From: an uncultured Alphaproteobacteria bacterium
GTDB taxonomy: Bacteria > Pseudomonadota > Alphaproteobacteria > Rhizobiales > Hyphomicrobiaceae
NCBI GenBank assembly: GCA_963738065.1
Contig: CAVTVO010000037.1
Location: forward strand, 1,688 to 65,687
DNA length: 64,000 nucleotides
Direction: 5' to 3'
The position numbers and the translations under genes were made by a program. The stretch's first letter is position 1. Each line of letters opens with the position of its first letter. The notes under the pieces are model-generated. The model ran no database searches and was not told the DNA's origin. It was given only the letters and a program-made list of their open reading frames with translations. This document shows positions 62,855 to 64,000 of the stretch, one piece after another.

Positions 62855-63381
62855 TCAGCCGAGCTCCGCCATGACCTTGCGCAGGGTGCGCAGCAGTCGA
62901 GCGCTTGTCGCGCGCGCCGACGATGCGGTCGAGGTTGCGATCGTGGCGGGCGGCGCATTCGGTCAGGCCGCCGCAGCATCGCCTCGTCCGGAGGGAGTCA
63001 GCGAGAGGTGATAGCTGCGCCGATCGTTCTCGAGCCGCTGACGCGGCGATCAGGCCGCGGCGCTTGAGATCGCGCAGCGCCGGCGTGAGCGTGGACTTGT
63101 CCCGGCCGGCGGCGCGGCTGAGCACCGTCTGGCTGATGCCGGGGTTGCGGCCGATCAGCGTCAGCAGGGCGAAGCGGCCGGGCGGCAGGTCCACCTCGCC
63201 GACCTCGCGCGGCGAACGCCTGGAAGGAGGCGATCTGCGCCATGCGCAGATGAAAGCCGATCCACTCCGCCAGCGGTCCGTAGTCGATGCCCTCGACGAG
63301 CGCGCCTGAACCGCCGCGCTCGCGCGCGGCCACGCCAGCGGGTTTGCGACCCAACGTAAGCGATTGCACCACCTCTGCCAT
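62855..63381 (-). pseudogene. MarR-family transcriptional regulator; at least 2 frameshifts
   Basis: ...WIGFHLRMAQIASFQAF... | ...LPPGRFALLTLIGRNPGISQTVLSRAAGRDKSTLTPALRDLKRRGLI... | ...LLRTLRKVMAELG*. Confidence 0.75.
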
Positions 63382-63582
63382 CCTCGCTACGGCCAGAGGC
63401 TATTCGCCCGCGCGCCCCGCCTAGCATATCCGAAGTGTAGCCGAACCAAACGTCAAGCCGCGCCAGGTAGTTTTATATCCGACTAAGTTCCCTTTACAAG
63501 TTACCTGATATCGGGCTCAATTGCGCGCATACAAACAAGGCCGGGTTACCGACCCAACCAGAGGGAGCTCGAGGAGGAGACG

Positions 63583-64000
63583 ATGCGCACGCGCATGACT
63601 GGAACCGCATTCGCTCTGCTGGCAGGCGTTGCGGCTACGACGGTGTTGAACGCGGCGCCGGCGGCGGCGCAGGACAAGACCTTCGAGCTCAAGCTGTCGC
63701 ACTGGGTGCCGCCATCGCATCCGCTGCAGAAGGCCCTCGAGGACTGGGGCAGCTCGGTCGAGAAGGCCTCCGGCGGCACTATCAAGTACAAGGTGTATCC
63801 CGTCTCAGCAGCTCGGCAAGGCCTTCGACCACTACGACATGGCGCGCGACGGTATCGCCGACGTCACCTACATCAGCCCCGGCTACCAGCCCGGGCGCTT
63901 CCCGATCATCGACGCCGGCAACCTTCCGTTCATGATGTCCAACGCCAAGGGCGGCTCGCAGGCGCTCGACGACTGGTACCGCAAATATGCCGGCACCGAG
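63583..64000 (+). pseudogene. TRAP-transporter DctP-type substrate-binding protein, 5' part (runs off window); frameshift ~63803
   Basis: GAGGAGGAGA RBS. My translation is MRTRMTGTAFALLAGVAATTVLNAAPAAAQDKTFELKLSHWVPPSHPLQKAL...IKYKVYP|QQLGKAFDHYDMARDGIADVTYISPGYQPGRFPI. Confidence 0.8.

Overview
High-GC (about 66-70 % by eye) alphaproteobacterial chromosome segment, Hyphomicrobiales/Bradyrhizobiaceae-like judging from gene content and the GTCAT...GGATCC-type REP hairpins. I support about 65 protein genes and found no rRNA, tRNA, CRISPR array, transposase or integrase.

Backbone genes, in order:
- carD, fdxA, an S4/Hsp15-like gene and a large helicase
- a Crp regulator, an orphan HlyD adaptor and an M20 peptidase
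- an acyl-CoA catabolic cluster at 11.3-21.6 kb: SDR, acyl-CoA ligase, thiolase, two ACADs, LysE, a CaiB-type CoA-transferase, a GrdB/PrdB-like protein and a crotonase
- HU, SDRs, tandem Lin0512-family genes, VOC, hdaA, perM, pgsA, DUF2066, purM-purN and a P450
- hisB...hisH-hisA-hisF
- an ECF sigma / anti-sigma / Spy-like / EF-hand module
- glnE, iorA-iorB, marR and a TRAP-type binding protein

Accessory or unusual content:
1. A lower-GC single-gene islet encodes a TIR-TM-FGE/SUMF1 protein (26411..28048) and is bracketed by 74-bp direct repeats. This is my top candidate for an undescribed sensor-effector.
2. A divergent pair of an FHA-membrane protein and a HerA/FtsK-like ATPase, followed by two hydrolases, is inserted after hisB.
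3. Two further small insertions split hisH/hisA and hisA/hisF.
4. A lower-GC heptose-like nucleotide-sugar cluster has its own transaldolase but no kinase.
5. An MNT antitoxin sits next to a truncated HEPN toxin.

Caveat: at least 45 single-base frameshifts interrupt otherwise well-conserved genes, and they are densest at 55.9-63.4 kb. Sequencing or assembly indels are the most parsimonious explanation. Disrupted genes are reported as full-span pseudogenes 'as sequenced'. All family assignments come from motif recognition by eye, and frameshift positions are approximate.
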